Below are positions 13,934-25,504 of a stretch of 64,000 nucleotides of DNA, piece by piece. The DNA is from Octopus bimaculoides (taxonomy: Eukaryota): positions 13,701,580-13,765,579 of the forward strand of contig NC_069002.1 in the NCBI RefSeq assembly GCF_001194135.2, given 5' to 3'. The notes beneath the pieces were generated by a model, which did not search any database, was not told the DNA's origin, and worked only from the letters and a program-made list of their open reading frames with translations. The position numbers were made by a program, and so were the translations under genes. Position 1 is the stretch's first letter. The number at the start of each line of letters is the position of its first letter.

Positions 13934-15139
13934 GTGTGAGTTTGTCATTGTCTGTCCCCACTACTGCTTCACAACTGGTGTTACTTTGTTTGTGTCCCCA
14001 TAACTGAGCAGTTCAGCAAAAAAGACCAATAGAATAAGTACTGAACTTTAAAAATAAGTACTGGGATTGATTTACAGACTAAAAGCCTTCAAGATGGTGC
14101 CCCATATGGCCACATGCCAATGACTGAAACAAGTAAAAGAGGAGTTGAAGGTATGAAAATTTCATGTGGGGGAAAGTAGTTTAGGACATTAGAAAGTAGT
14201 TCGTACTATCAAAGCGATGAGGATATGAACACTCCTGTTATGCAACTGGTTATATAATGTTATACAGTAGTTATATTGTGACAGATTAAATTCCTAAGAT
14301 AAACATCTGAATACATCAATACCCGTTATAATTCAATAATTAATAATAAAACTATATTTATAGAAGACAAACATACAATGTTTACTATATGAATGAAATG
14401 GGGTCAACTCATGAATATTTGTGATTTGGGGTTTATGAGCATCTGATCATTTCATCTATTTGAAATATCTGTTCATTGAAGTGGACAAAGATAAGGGTGG
14501 GTGGGTGAAGAGAGTAAAAATATGATAGAAGCTTGCTTTGCAACAAGGTTTTTTTGTTTAGTCCCACTGCATGACTCACAGGGCAAGTGTCCTACTATAG
14601 GGTGACTAAAAGCCTTGTGAGTAGATCTGATAGACAGAAACTGAAAAAGGCGGCGAGCTGGCAGAAACGTTAGCACGCCGGGCGAAATGCTTAGTGGTAT
14701 TTCGTCTGCCACTATTTATGTTCTGAGTTCAAATTCCACCAAGGTCGACTTTGCCTTTCATCCTTTCGGGATCGATAAATTAAGTACCAGTTACGCACTG
14801 GGGTCGATATAATTAACTCAATCTGTTTGTCTGTCCTTGTTTGTCCCCTCTGTGTGTGGCCCCTTGGGGGCAGTAAAGAAATAAGAAACTGAAAAATACC
14901 TGTCACCCTCTGTGTGNNNNNNNNNNGGGGGGGGGGGGTATGCAGCTGTGTGGTAAGAAGTTTGCTTCCCAACCACATGGTTCCAAATTCAGTCTCACTG
15001 CATGACACCTTAAGCAAATGTCTTCTACTATTGTCTTGGGCTGGCCAAATGCTTGTGAGAGGATTTGGTAGATAGAAACTGAAAGAAGCCTGTCATACAT
15101 ATGTGGGTGCACGAGTCTTACATACACTCACGAATACAT

Positions 15140-15171
<32 letters not shown>

Positions 15172-18100
15172 ATGTATACACACATACAAACACACAAATG
15201 TATATGTGCACATACAAGTGAATATATATACACACACGCAAATATATGTATAAATACATACACATCCAATAAAGATAAACCAAATAATCCCATTACATAG
15301 ATGTGAAGTACTTTTAAAAAAACAAGAAAGCAAAATTCTATGGCATTCTGGGAGATTCCATTCCATTCCAGAAATTTCCATGAGTTGGTTGTGTGTGTGT
15401 GTGCACCTGCTTAAAAACTGTTCCATATATCAAAGTAAATTTTAAATTGTTGGTGGTGAGGTGGGGTTGGTAAGTCTAAAAGGGGAAAAGAGAAAGTGAA
15501 AAAGAGAGACCAGAAGTTAAGATTAGAGAAAGAAAGAGAGAGCTGATTAAAAAACTGAGGAGGAGAAATAAAGAACAACAAGAGAAATAGTGTCAGAAGA
15601 GGGGGGGGAGAAACTGGGGGAGAATATGGAAGAAGTAATTAGGTTGTAAATGAGAACGAGAGTAGATAGTAACAAAATTATTTTAGGATAGATTGAGGAA
15701 TAGACATGGATGAAATAGAAAATATAAGATTTGTTATTAAGATTATTAGAATCCCTAGAGATTACTTGCCAAAATCCAATGAAATAAGAACGTTACCTGC
15801 AATGGCCAACAGAGAAGAACTATTTCTTTAAATGTTATAGAAACTCCTGAGTCAAAGAAATGAATGATTCTACCACATACAGCGTGGGTGTTAACATTTT
15901 CTCTTCCTCCACAACCACCACTGCCATCATCATCTTCATCATCATCTCACCTCTCAATTTAAATTCCTTAGCATTGGTTGGACAGGTCTGCTACACAGTA
16001 AGCTATTACTCCAGTGAATCCCATGTCATTCACCTAAGGGGCCCTAATATCTGACAACTGACTTCATTACTTCTTGTTGCATCTTCTTTTTCATATCAGT
16101 ACCTCTCCTTGCAGTACATACTGCTTGCCCTGCCCCTACTCTACACAGGCATTCATTATATTTTTGTTTTACAAGTCTATGTCATCAGTTGAGGCCTTTG
16201 CTACCCAGCTGTTCCCTCTCTGCTGCCTTATGCTCCATCTTTCATGCAAGTCAGTGTTAAACATTGAATAAATGATTTCTTGAAATAGAGTTAAATGGAA
16301 ACAAATGCTTACTTATCTCTCCAGAATTCCTTAAGGACATCGGACAAAAGGAACAAAGCTGTTATGAGTTGTAAAAGGGCCTGAATAACCAATCCCAGTC
16401 TTGACATATGGAGTTGGCGCTGGTTAACATTACTCTCAGATTGAGCAAATGCTCCTCTCACCTGAAAAAAAAAAATACTTATTGTAGAATTTGATATTAA
16501 CAATAAAGAGATAATAGAGAATAAAAATAAAAAGAGCTATATATATATACATGGGTGCTTTGTTGGCTGTGTTATTGAATTCTATTCTTATTAAAAGAAA
16601 TATTACAGTTATCATTTGTAATCAAGGATGACTAGGTTCCATGATTTTACTAATTGTTTTAGGAGCCCATGAGGAGACAGACATCCTCTCAGTCCTTATT
16701 ACATTTTGACCCAAAAGCACATTCAGGGTGAGACAGCTACAGTAGCGCAGGGCCAGTACTCAATTGGTTGATCGAGAAAGGATGAAAAATCCACCACCCA
16801 CAAACAGAAACAGTCTCTCTCTTAGACTTCCACACAATTTACATCTACTATCAGACATTGAGTTCAAATCCTACCAAGATCATCATTGCCTTTCATCCTT
16901 TTGGGGTCAGTAAATAAAGTACTGGTCCAGCACTAGTGCAGTTGTCTCTCTATCTCTCGAGCTGTCACATTGTAGATGTGACATTAGGTCAAGTGCAGAA
17001 GGGCTGACAGAGTGTCCATGTCTGGTCATGATGACACGGACATCTAAAACAATTAGCAAAACCATGGAAACAAGTCATCCTTGATTGTTGAAGTATTTGG
17101 TTTAATGAGAAAATCAGAGCTAATTTGATAAGTTAATGATGGTAGTGAATCTCAACAATCCATTTAGCCATAAGACAACCTTGAAGACTTTGTGGCATAT
17201 CTAACATAGTAAATATGGAATCTGAAGATACTGGTGAAGTTGTGAGGACATGAATTAGTTAACAGGAAAGGACTGCAAAGCAGTTCAATTGCTGAAAGGA
17301 GTGAAGAATCTGATTCAAGCCTTGCTATATATATATATATATATAAAGAGAGAGAGAGATAGATATGCTGTTTAGCTCAAGGTCAGCCATAATTAAGCAG
17401 GCCTGTTATCAAAACCAGTCCAGTAATGACCAGCCTACCTATTATGTTCAGATATCCAAATATCTTAATTTTAAATTATCCAATATAGTCCCAACAATCA
17501 TCATTTAAAAGACGATAATGTATGATTTAAGAAAAATCTGGCTGCTATTTTGACTTGTAAATAGTCTCCATCATAGTTAGCATGGTAACAGGGTCAATGA
17601 GACATAACATGTTAATGTGTTTCTGTTGTGTTGCTTGCTATGGTTTCTATGGCAGCAGACATTTGGTAAAAACCAAATCCAAATCCATAGATATGAGCCA
17701 ATATTTCACAGCGACAAAGCTAAAACAGAAATAGTAGCAAAGGAAAGAAAAAAGCAAAAGTTAGAGAAGTGTGACTGTGTGGTAAGAAGTTTGCTTCCCA
17801 ACCACATGGTTCCGGGTTCAGTCCCATTGTTTGACACCTTGGGCAAGCATCTTCTGCTATAGCCTTGAGCCAACCAATGCCTTGTGAGTGGATTTGGTAG
17901 ATGGAAATTGAAAGAAGCCTGCTGTGTGCGCGTGCATGCATGTGTGTATGTGTGTGTGTTTCTTTGTATGTCCCCACTGCCACCATCACTTGACAATTGG
18001 TGTTGGTGTATTTACATATCTGTAACTTAACTGATTCTGCAAAAGAGACAAATAAAATAAGTACTAGTCTAAAAAACACTGGGTCGATTCTTTCAACTAA

Positions 18101-19448
18101 AATTTCTTCCAGGCACTGCCCCAGCATGGCCACAGTCTAACGACTGAAACATGTTAAGGATATAAAAAAATTTTTTTTAAATTGGAGTATGAAGCTATGT
18201 CACTTACCTTGAAGTATACCTCAACACCATAGATGAGGAAGAAGACGACCACCAAGAACATGAGGAATGCAAAAAACGCATCAAAGATCTTGTTAATCAT
18301 GTCCTGTTAAGATTAATTAATTAAAAACGTTGAAAATGGCAAATGTTTCATATCAAACCTTAACATTCATAATGAAAAAAAGTGAGAGAGAGAGAGAGAG
18401 ATGTAGAATGTTGATATAAAGTGTTGATAAATTGACCCTTGATCTTTTAAATCTGACTTGAAAGCAGCCCTTTAAGGAAACAATGTTCTTAAGGAATGAA
18501 TGACTATATCACCTCCCCACTTTCCTTTCATTTAAGTTTGTTTATGAACCAATGAGAAAACCCTGTATGGAAGTTCATCATCATCGTTTAACGTCCGCTT
18601 TCCATGCTAGCATGGGTTGGACGATTTGACTGAGGACTGGTGAAACCAGATGGCTACACCAGGCTCCAATCTGATTTGGCAGAGTTTCTACAGCCGGATG
18701 CCTTTCCTAACGCCAACCACTCCGAGAGTGTAGTGGGTGCTTTTATGTGCCACCGGCACGAAAGCCAGTCAGGCGATACTGGCAATGGCCACGCTCAAAA
18801 TGGTGTACTTTACGTGCCACCCGCACAAGAGCCAGTCCAGGGGCACTGGCAACGATCTCGCTCGAAAGTCCTTACACATGCCACGGGCACAAGTGACAGA
18901 AAGGCGACGCTGAGCACAGGTGCCATCACGATTTCGTCAATTCTTCTTCAAGAAATAGCAGTCAATTCTTCTTCAAGAAATAACAGTCAATTCTTCTTCA
19001 AGAAATAACAGTCAATTCTTCTTCAAATTACTCTGTTGCTTACTCCCAATGAGAAACTAAGAGTGATATGTTACATTAAATTTCTTATGGACTTTCCTGT
19101 CATTAAACAATGGGTGCTAGTTCTGTAATTTCTTTCTGAACAACCATACAGATTTATTTGTGATAAAATGTTTTGTGTTCACATAGGCTCACTTGCTCCC
19201 ACCAGCAAATCAAAACTGTCTATACAAGTGCACAAGTGTGACATGCAACAGATGTCAAAATGATTGCAGAACAACATGAAATGAAGTGTTTTGTTCAAGA
19301 ACACAATGCACTGTCTGTTCTGGGAATAGAAATCATGATCTCACGATCATGGGTGCAACACCCTAACCATTAGGCCATGCACCTATATATATATATATAT
19401 ATATATATATNNNNNNNNNNTCGTTCCAGTTAACACGATTTTTGCACT

Positions 19449-19521
<73 letters not shown>

Positions 19522-20279
19522 CATTATTATTATGAAGGCAGTGAGCTGAAAATATCGTTCAAGCGTAGAACAAAATGCTTTGCAACATTGCTTCTGGCTT
19601 TACGTTCTAAGTTCAAATTCCCCCGATGTCGACTTTGCTTTCCATCTTTAGGGGGTCGATGAAATATGTACCAGTTGAGCACTGGGATCCATATAATCGG
19701 CCTGCACCCTCCTGCAGAAACTTTCAGGCATTGTGCCTATAGTAGAAAAATAATGATAATCATTTTATTATTAATTAAAAAATTATAATATTTTAGACAC
19801 ACCAATTTTGAGGGGATGGCATTTGTCAATAGCATGGACCTCAGTAGTTTATATTATAGAACTCTACAGGCAAGGTTGACCACAGCCGGATTTGAACTCA
19901 GAATATAGAATAACCATAATTACATGTCACAAGGCGTTATGACCGACGTTGTAATGATTCTGCCAACCTACCACTGAATTATGACTTCGTCTCACGAGGC
20001 CACATTCGTTAGGAAATACAAAGCTGGCGATGAAATGGATCTCAGTACTTGACTAGTAATAACTTTTACCGGCTTCATAAGAACGACTGAAAAAATTAAC
20101 CTATTTTTTACATTATTATACGTGTGTGTAGTACTATGCGCGCGCGCGTGTGTGATAGAGAGAGAGAGAGAAACAGACACCGAGACAGAAGATAGACAGG
20201 CTGACAGACATACAGACAGGCGGAGTCAGAGACGGAGACAGACAAAGAGAGTGTGAGTGTATGTGCCTTAAATTATATT

Positions 20280-20317
<38 letters not shown>

Positions 20318-20658
20318 ATGCGAAGTGTTCAGATACATGTGTTGGTATATGTATGTGTATGCTGTGCACATATGTTCATATTAATTGATATGTGTATATA
20401 TGTGTGTGTGTGTGTGTATACAGGTTTGTGTGTGTGTGTGTGTGTGGTTGGGTGCATGTGTGAGAAAGTAAATACTTACTGCTTGCTTCTGGTTATTGAT
20501 GATATCAGTAAGGAAGAACCGAGCACCAAACAGCATGTATATGAAAACATTGAAAACTATGAATCCAACGAAGGATTTACTCAGGAACCGTGGTTGTTCC
20601 ACAGGAAGGTTGTTCAAATGAAAAGCCTGAAAGAACAAACTTCACAATTATTATAATA

Positions 20659-20753
<95 letters not shown>

Positions 20754-21406
20754 TGTAAAAAGGATTATTATTGTTATTCAGGTGTCAGTTGGCAGAATTG
20801 TTAGAGCTTTGGACAAAATGCTTAGCAACATTTTGCCAGTCTTTACATTGAAATTCTACCAGGTTGACTTTACCTTTCATCCTTTTGAGTTCAATGAAAG
20901 AAATACCAGTTGAGCACTGGGGGTCAATATAATTGACTATCCCCCTTCCCCAAAGTTTCAGAAGGATAAAGGCAAATTCAGCCACAGTGGGATTTGAACT
21001 CACAACACAGAGGTTCAAGACTAAATACCTCAAAGTATTTGATTGATTACACTACCAAGTCATAGCCCTTGTAATCACATTCTCTAATTATTATTATAAG
21101 TAGTAGTGGTAGAAAGGATTATTATTATTATTATTAGAAAAAGGTAATGTAAGAGGAGAAAGGGCTCTATACCCCTTTCTTATTTTTCTGACCAGGCTCC
21201 CGTGGCTTTTATGGGTTTTTCCATGTGTAACCTTTCGAAGCGCCTCCCCCTATTGGGAGTTTTATTTGTTATATCTTTCTGTTTTTCCTCTGTTTACACG
21301 AACGTTTTCTTCTTTTCGGACAAAACCTTTTGTAACCTTCGTCCTGTTTTTGTCCTTACATGTTTTAAATTTATATTAGCCCTTGTGGCCAATAAAACCA
21401 GAATTA

Positions 21407-21443
<37 letters not shown>

Positions 21444-23187
21444 TGTCAACTGGCAGAATTGTTAGTACACTGGGTGAAATACTAAGTGACGTTTTGTCCA
21501 TCTCTACATTTGGAGTTCAAATTCTTCCGAGCTTGACTTTGCCTTTCATCCTTTTAAAGTCAATGTAATTGACTAGCCCCCTCCTGCAAAGTTTCAGAAA
21601 GATAAAGCCAAATTCAACACACAGCCCAGTCCAGGATTCGAACTCACAACCTCACGATTGTAAGCTCGACATTCTAACTACTGAGCCATGCGCCTTCACA
21701 ATCCTATAAGTAAACAGTATTCTATATAAAGCACCATCTGTAAAGTATATAAAAGAGGGGCATGCAAACAAGGCCGTGAAAAGGCTCTAGTAGGGTAGAG
21801 TGTATGTATGTGTAACCGGATGATAGTTGTGATGGTAACAATGATATGAATAAGACTTACCTCAGCCCAGTAACACACGATGAGTGTAAAACCAGTGAGA
21901 AGTAAAGGGTAATAGGCACACCACAGGTTTGAAAACATCTGGTCTGGAAGCTGGAGCTGAAACTAAATGAACATTGAAAGAAAGAAATAATAGATGTTCA
22001 TTTATAAAGCAATGGTGAGACATGTTAGCTCTGTACAATATCAGAATCTTTTATGAGTATTCTTTCCATGACTCAGGTTTAGCCAAGGAGAGAAGCTTAA
22101 AAGATAAAAAAACTAACAACAGTACATAGCAAAATCCTGACTATTTAAATTTTATCAATATCAAAGACCCTGTAGAAAGACCAAGTCCATGGAACAGTGG
22201 ACAGCTGGCTAAGAAGTTGGTCATTTGGTGCTTGTCGTTGCTACTGAGTTGTGTACATGCATACATACACATTCATTAGCTTACAGCTGTTTCAGCTGTA
22301 ATAAACTGTACACCCAGAGGTGAATGCCAGAACAACATTTTATGACTTCATCAGAACCTTAGCATGAAGTCATGTTAAGGCTCTGATGAAGCTATATCAT
22401 TCTCGCACTCACCTCATGTAACAGTTCCTTATAGCTGAAATAGCTGTAAGCCAATGGTTGTGATTATATTACTCCTGTTCTGTCATTCAATAATTAATGT
22501 GTTTGGTGTGTTGTATGTGCGTATGTTTATACACAACTCAGTGGCAATGACAAAATACAAACGACCAGCCTCCTGGTCTTTCTGCAGTGTCTTTGATAAT
22601 TATTAAGTTTAAATAGACAGGACTCAGCCATGTACTACAGTAGAGACACACACACAAACAGGCTTCTCTCAGTTTCTGTCCATTAAATCCACTTACACGG
22701 TTTGGCCAGTTTGGGACTATAGTAGAAGACACTTGCCCAAGGTGCCACACAGTGGAACGGAACACATTATCATGGGATTCGGAAGCAAACATTTTAACCA
22801 AAACTGCATCCATCTGTCCTCTTTATGTCTGTCTATCTATTAACCTGTTTATATTCATCTTTATTCATCTTTGCTTCTCTGTTCATGTGCAAACATCTTT
22901 AAAGGAGAAAAAGAAAGTGAGAAAAACAAAAGAGTTACATACCTTTGTAAAGAAGTAGATGGCTCTGATGGCTGTGGCACACAGTGTGAGGGCGTACAAC
23001 ATCTTTTGGGTTGTGATCTTAAAAGCACTCCACAAGGACTGCTTCTGTTCTCGGATGTACTGTGACCAAATACAGATACACTGGCAAATATGATAGAAAG
23101 CATTGTGTAACTAATCTGATGATGCTGGGAATTAGAGGTTATTTTACATAGGCATACACACACACACACACATATATATACATATAC

Positions 23188-23224
<37 letters not shown>

Positions 23225-25504
23225 CATACATACACACACAATGTGTATCTTGATGACTGCCATGAGGCAGGAAAGTATACTAGTCCTTATATATTTAATA
23301 CTCAATATTTCATATATTCAATAAGACATTCAATACTTCATTTCATTTTACTATTTATATTATATATTCCATATTCTATATCCCACATTAATTTTATAAG
23401 AATATAAATAAAACATAAAATCTCTTTTAAATAATATATTCCTCTATACACGATCATACAAAACCCTTTTTTATATTTTTTTATTTTTGTTCATATATAT
23501 GTATGTACATAAATGTTTATAAGTGTATGTGTTTAGAAAGAGAGAGAGAAGGCATGTGGCCCAGTGGTTAGGGTGTTGCACTCGTGATCAGAAGATCCTG
23601 GTTCTGATTCCCAGACCAGCAGTGCATTGTGTGTTCTTGAGCAAAACATCCTCATTTCCCATTTCTCCAGGCCACTCAGCCGCAAATAGGTAACTCTGCA
23701 ATGGACCGGTGTTCCATTCAGGCAGAATGTTCACCTGCCCACCTACCTAGCCAGAGCGTGGCATCATTCAAAGTGAGGAAAAGGAGAATGAGGAGGAGAG
23801 TGGTGCTGGTGTTCATGATGATGATGATGATGATGATGATACTTACTAGTTGTACCAAACAAACAACAGCCAAAACAACAAAAAGGGAACCAAATGCCAA
23901 ATAGTATTCTTTGTTGTCTTCTTTACAGGAACCTCCACGAAATTGTACCTGAAGAAAAAAAAATCATTAAACAATTTAATAGTGTTGTAAAAACTACAGG
24001 AATTTAGCATCAAGGAACTGGTTGGTATTGGTAAAGGTGGTACCTCTTACCCCACTGCACAGTACCTTTTATCCTACACAATGCAGGTACATCTTATCCC
24101 AATATAGAATAACAGGATATGAACTACCAACCTCTTGGCTGGTTGTCTGGTATTTTATCAACTCAGCCATCTGCATTCTCTAAGACAACACAGACAAGCG
24201 GCGAGCTGGCAGAAACGTTAGCACGCCGATCAAAATGCTTAGCGGTATTTCGTCTGCTGTTACGTTCTGAGTTCAAATTCCACCGAGGTCGACTTTGCCT
24301 TTCATCCTTTCAGGGTCGATAGATTAAGTACCAATTACACACTGGGGTTGATGTAATCAACTTAACCCCCTTTGTCTGTCCTTGTTTGTCCCCTTGTGGG
24401 CAATAAAGAAATACGACAGGTGACATGAAGTCACTTGCAAAACACACTACAATCTCTGACCTACAGAAGTCCTGTCTCCTTTCTTTCTCTCTCACTTCGT
24501 CCATCTTTACTTGCATTGTAGTGACCTGTCTTCCTCAGAGCTCACTAGTCCCCAGCCACATTCACTAAGACACTCACTCATCTCTTGATCTTTTCATCTT
24601 CCATATTGTACCCTCCCCCGACACCCACATCCCTGCACTAACCACAGAACCCAGTTTTACCTGTATCCATCAACTTCAACGGCTTAAGACAAACGACAAT
24701 GACATTGATGTCATTAGTCTCCAAGGGCCCACAAAGGTTATGGTCACAATCCCATCCTTGGACAAACCAAAGAGAAAACACAATAAAATACAATAATGGA
24801 ACATTAAATCATCATAATACACCATTGTACTCTCTGCCTCCCCCACTTCTCTGTTCATTCACTTATTTTTAAAAAATGGTTAAGATGGTTAAAGATGGTT
24901 AATACCTCTTGCTTATGAAGTAGAAGATATTTGCCTAAGGTGCTTTGCAGTGAACCCAGAACCATGTGGTTGAGAAGCAAACTTCTTAATTACACAACCA
25001 TGCCAGCATCTACAGTCATGCCTAAAAGTCCACAGCACATCCTTGATGCACACCAGTGCACTGAGATGCACAGAAGAGCACCAAAATGCACCATATGTAA
25101 CACATCTCTGCTCAAATGATTCTGTTCATTTATTGATTTATTTCACAGACATTGATCATAGCCTCAGCTAATTTCTCATTAGTTGCAGAGTACTTTCATT
25201 GAATAATTGTCTGAATTAACAAATCAAGATATATCTTATGAGGTTCACCTTTTAAGATATGATAAAGCGAATGATAAAGCAAAAAGAAGCTCTGGATATT
25301 GTTTGCAATGTGCTGGGTGGTGAGGTAGGGCAAGAAGAAAGGGGTGAAGATTATTTGGAATGAACTTACCAAACAAAGGCATTTGCCATCGTTACAAATT
25401 CCATGGCCAGAGCAGTTCAATGGACAATGTACCATGTTGCTCTGGAATGTCGAGATGTGATCTCTGATTATGCTTGTCCAATGTTGTGTAAGCAGTGACG
25501 TCAT
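26..25504 (-). CDS. Spliced gene, 3'-partial: EGF-like + 7TM + RING-CH + 2TM putative membrane E3 ubiquitin ligase (at least 491 aa). complement(join(26..219,1089..1136,2243..2382,3671..3801,10655..10753,16313..16461,18208..18303,20480..20626,21861..21956,22943..23080,23847..23948,25370..25504))
   Basis: All introns are GT-AG, phases match at every junction, and there is no internal stop. Translation: MTSLLTQHWTSIIRDHISTFQSNMVHCPLNCSGHGICNDGKCLCLVQFRGGSCKEDNKEYYLAFGSLFVVLAVVCLVQLCICIWSQYIREQKQSLWSAFKITTQKMLYALTLCATAIRAIYFFTKLQLPDQMFSNLWCAYYPLLLTGFTLIVCYWAEAFHLNNLPVEQPRFLSKSFVGFIVFNVFIYMLFGARFFLTDIINNQKQADMINKIFDAFFAFLMFLVVVFFLIYGVEVYFKVRGAFAQSESNVNQRQLHMSRLGLVIQALLQLITALFLLSDVLKEFWRDKLPVLSQNVFDIGFRIIEFGVSLWFPCVLWNCCSPEELWVLNPKKIFLSFDRGKSLRTSLNIATRQQEGTEASKNNSAVDDQNLLCWICYDPENVSCGPLIQACKCKGDMSAVHHDCLRQWLVESESTAANATCRVCLEKYSLQESHYWLPKGTKIKHWIQVSFVLTAMVACPFGTYAISRRILPTYVQALVIGFTAIFEIISM(K). 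The start codon is less certain than the internal exons. Confidence 0.9.
662..882 (-). mobile_element. SINE family A (GGCGAGCTGGCAGAAACGTTAGC...GTCGACTTTGCCTTTCATCC type)
   Basis: Matches copies at 14649, 24198, 36025, 40035, 42625, 47425, 47890, 50290 and 55445. Confidence 0.75.
1089..1136 (-). CDS. Coding exon 11 (RING-CH C7/C8)
   Basis: cttctcag|AGTGAA...GAAAAG|gtgagc; 48 nt; SESTAANATCRVCLEK. Confidence 0.88.
2243..2382 (-). CDS. Coding exon 10 (RING-CH C1-C6)
   Basis: atttgcag|CAGTT...GTTGAG|gtaagt; 140 nt, phase 1 to 0; CWICYDPENVSCGPLIQACKCKGDMSAVHHDCLRQWLVE. Confidence 0.93.
2420..3245 (+). mobile_element. RTE-clade LINE, degenerate 3' fragment
   Basis: Frame-broken translation with WPCSICRKSVGRN, FRYLG, GWAKFRELLPLL and GRPRKTW-like motifs. 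Confidence 0.75.
3671..3801 (-). CDS. Coding exon 9 (linker between TM7 and RING)
   Basis: ctacacag|TCCTGAA...TCTG|gtaagt; 131 nt, phase 2 to 1; PEELWVLNPKKI...KNNS. Confidence 0.88.
6020..6378 (+). mobile_element. SINE family B (TGGCTGTGTGGTAAG...GCCTTGTGAGTGGATTTGGTAG...GACTGAAACAAGTAAAAG type)
   Basis: Same family at 9805, 11692, 14938, 17775, 27905, 34583, 41375, 48140 and 62780. Confidence 0.75.
6680..7058 (-). mobile_element. tRNA-derived SINE family C, near-intact
   Basis: A box TGGCCCAGTGG and B box GGTTTCGATTCC; body GTACCTGTATTTCAAAGGGCCAGCCTTGTCAC; related copies at 23550, 37278, 57755 and 63690. Confidence 0.82.
8095..9514. repeat. Inverted duplication of about 356 bp; second arm duplicated across a 10-N gap
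   Basis: 8095-8450 is the reverse complement of 8881-9192 plus 9203-9514; identical as far as I can read. Confidence 0.8.
9805..9950 (-). mobile_element. SINE family B, 5' half
   Basis: Reverse complement of the family B head. Confidence 0.72.
10655..10753 (-). CDS. Coding exon 8 (TM7)
   Basis: ttcaaacag|ACTT...GTAG|gtaatt; 99 nt, phase 2 to 2; LPVLSQNVFDIGFRIIEFGVSLWFPCVLWNCC. Confidence 0.88.
11692..11990 (+). mobile_element. Two tandem SINE family B 5' halves
   Basis: Both contain GCCTTGTGAGTGGATTTGG. Confidence 0.72.
12950..13675 (+). mobile_element. RTE-clade LINE fragment (endonuclease-RT linker)
   Basis: NRDVVGEKCVRMDNG...KDAWKCHYERLL...IDKAIKDMKTGK. Confidence 0.72.
13680..13870 (+). 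mobile_element. Mariner 3' end with right TIR
   Basis: LIRRWNIAIEGNSDYVEK* followed by TTTTGACTCACCCTCG|TA. Confidence 0.68.
14649..14885 (+). mobile_element. SINE family A, near-intact copy
   Basis: GGCGGCGAGCTGGCAGAAACGTTAGCACGCCGGGCG head, B-box-like GAGTTCAAATTCC, tail ending AAAGAAATAA. Confidence 0.8.
16313..16461 (-). CDS. Coding exon 7 (TM6)
   Basis: ttttcag|GTGAGA...GATAA|gtaagc; 149 nt; VRGAF...KEFWRD. Confidence 0.9.
17775..18160 (+). mobile_element. SINE family B, full length
   Basis: Head, (TG)n linker and tail all present. Confidence 0.78.
18208..18303 (-). CDS. Coding exon 6 (TM5)
   Basis: cttaacag|GACATG...TTCAAG|gtaagt; 96 nt; DMINKIFDAFFAFLMFLVVVFFLIYGVEVYFK. Confidence 0.9.
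18578..18935 (+). mobile_element. Interspersed repeat family D (CATCATCGTTTAACGTCCGCTTTCCATGC...GGATGCCCTTCCT), probable retroposon
   Basis: Related copies at 1860-2090 (-), 4050-4290 (+) and 61585-61852 (-). Confidence 0.65.
18936..19026. repeat. 25-bp tandem repeat, about 3.6 copies (GTCAATTCTTCTTCAAGAAATAACA)
   Basis: Units start at 18936, 18961, 18986 and 19011; no spacers. Confidence 0.85.
19443..19533. repeat. (TTA)n microsatellite
   Basis: Direct reading. Confidence 0.9.
20480..20626 (-). CDS. Coding exon 5 (TM4)
   Basis: tctttcag|GCTTTT...CAAGCA|gtaagt; 147 nt; AFHLNN...NNQKQA. Confidence 0.9.
20660..20755. repeat. Compound (TTA)n(TAG)n microsatellite
   Basis: Direct reading. Confidence 0.9.
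21861..21956 (-). CDS. Coding exon 4 (TM3)
   Basis: agtttcag|CTCCAG...GCTGAG|gtaagt; 96 nt; LQLPD...IVCYWAE. Confidence 0.9.
22141..22616. mobile_element. MITE-like element with about 43-bp imperfect TIRs and internal palindromes
   Basis: 22141-22183 is an inverted match to 22575-22616; internal ttcatcagaacctta/taaggctctgatgaa inverted repeat. Confidence 0.4.
22943..23080 (-). CDS. Coding exon 3 (end of TM1, TM2)
   Basis: tttgccag|TGTATC...ACAAAG|gtatgt; 138 nt; CICIWSQY...IYFFTK. Confidence 0.9.
23847..23948 (-). CDS. Coding exon 2 (last EGF Cys, TM1)
   Basis: ttcttcag|GTACAA...CAACTA|gtaagt; 102 nt; VQFRGGSCKED...CLVQL. Confidence 0.9.
24198..24413 (+). mobile_element. SINE family A copy
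   Basis: Same head, body and tail as the 14649 copy. Confidence 0.78.
25370..25504 (-). CDS. Coding exon 1 (EGF-like domain); exon probably extends as 5'UTR to 25559
   Basis: ATG at 25504 with A at -3; CPLNCSGHGICNDGKCLCL|gtaagt; strong acceptor at 25560-25561, with in-frame stops between it and the ATG. Confidence 0.8.

Noticed and set aside
15797-15846. 50-nt exon-like segment (ctcag|GAG...CAG|gtaacg) on the minus strand
   Set aside because: In the required phase it reaches TAA after 5 codons, and the gene splices correctly without it.
18936-19026. 25-bp repeats as a CRISPR-like array
   Set aside because: Head-to-tail with no spacers, in a eukaryotic intron.
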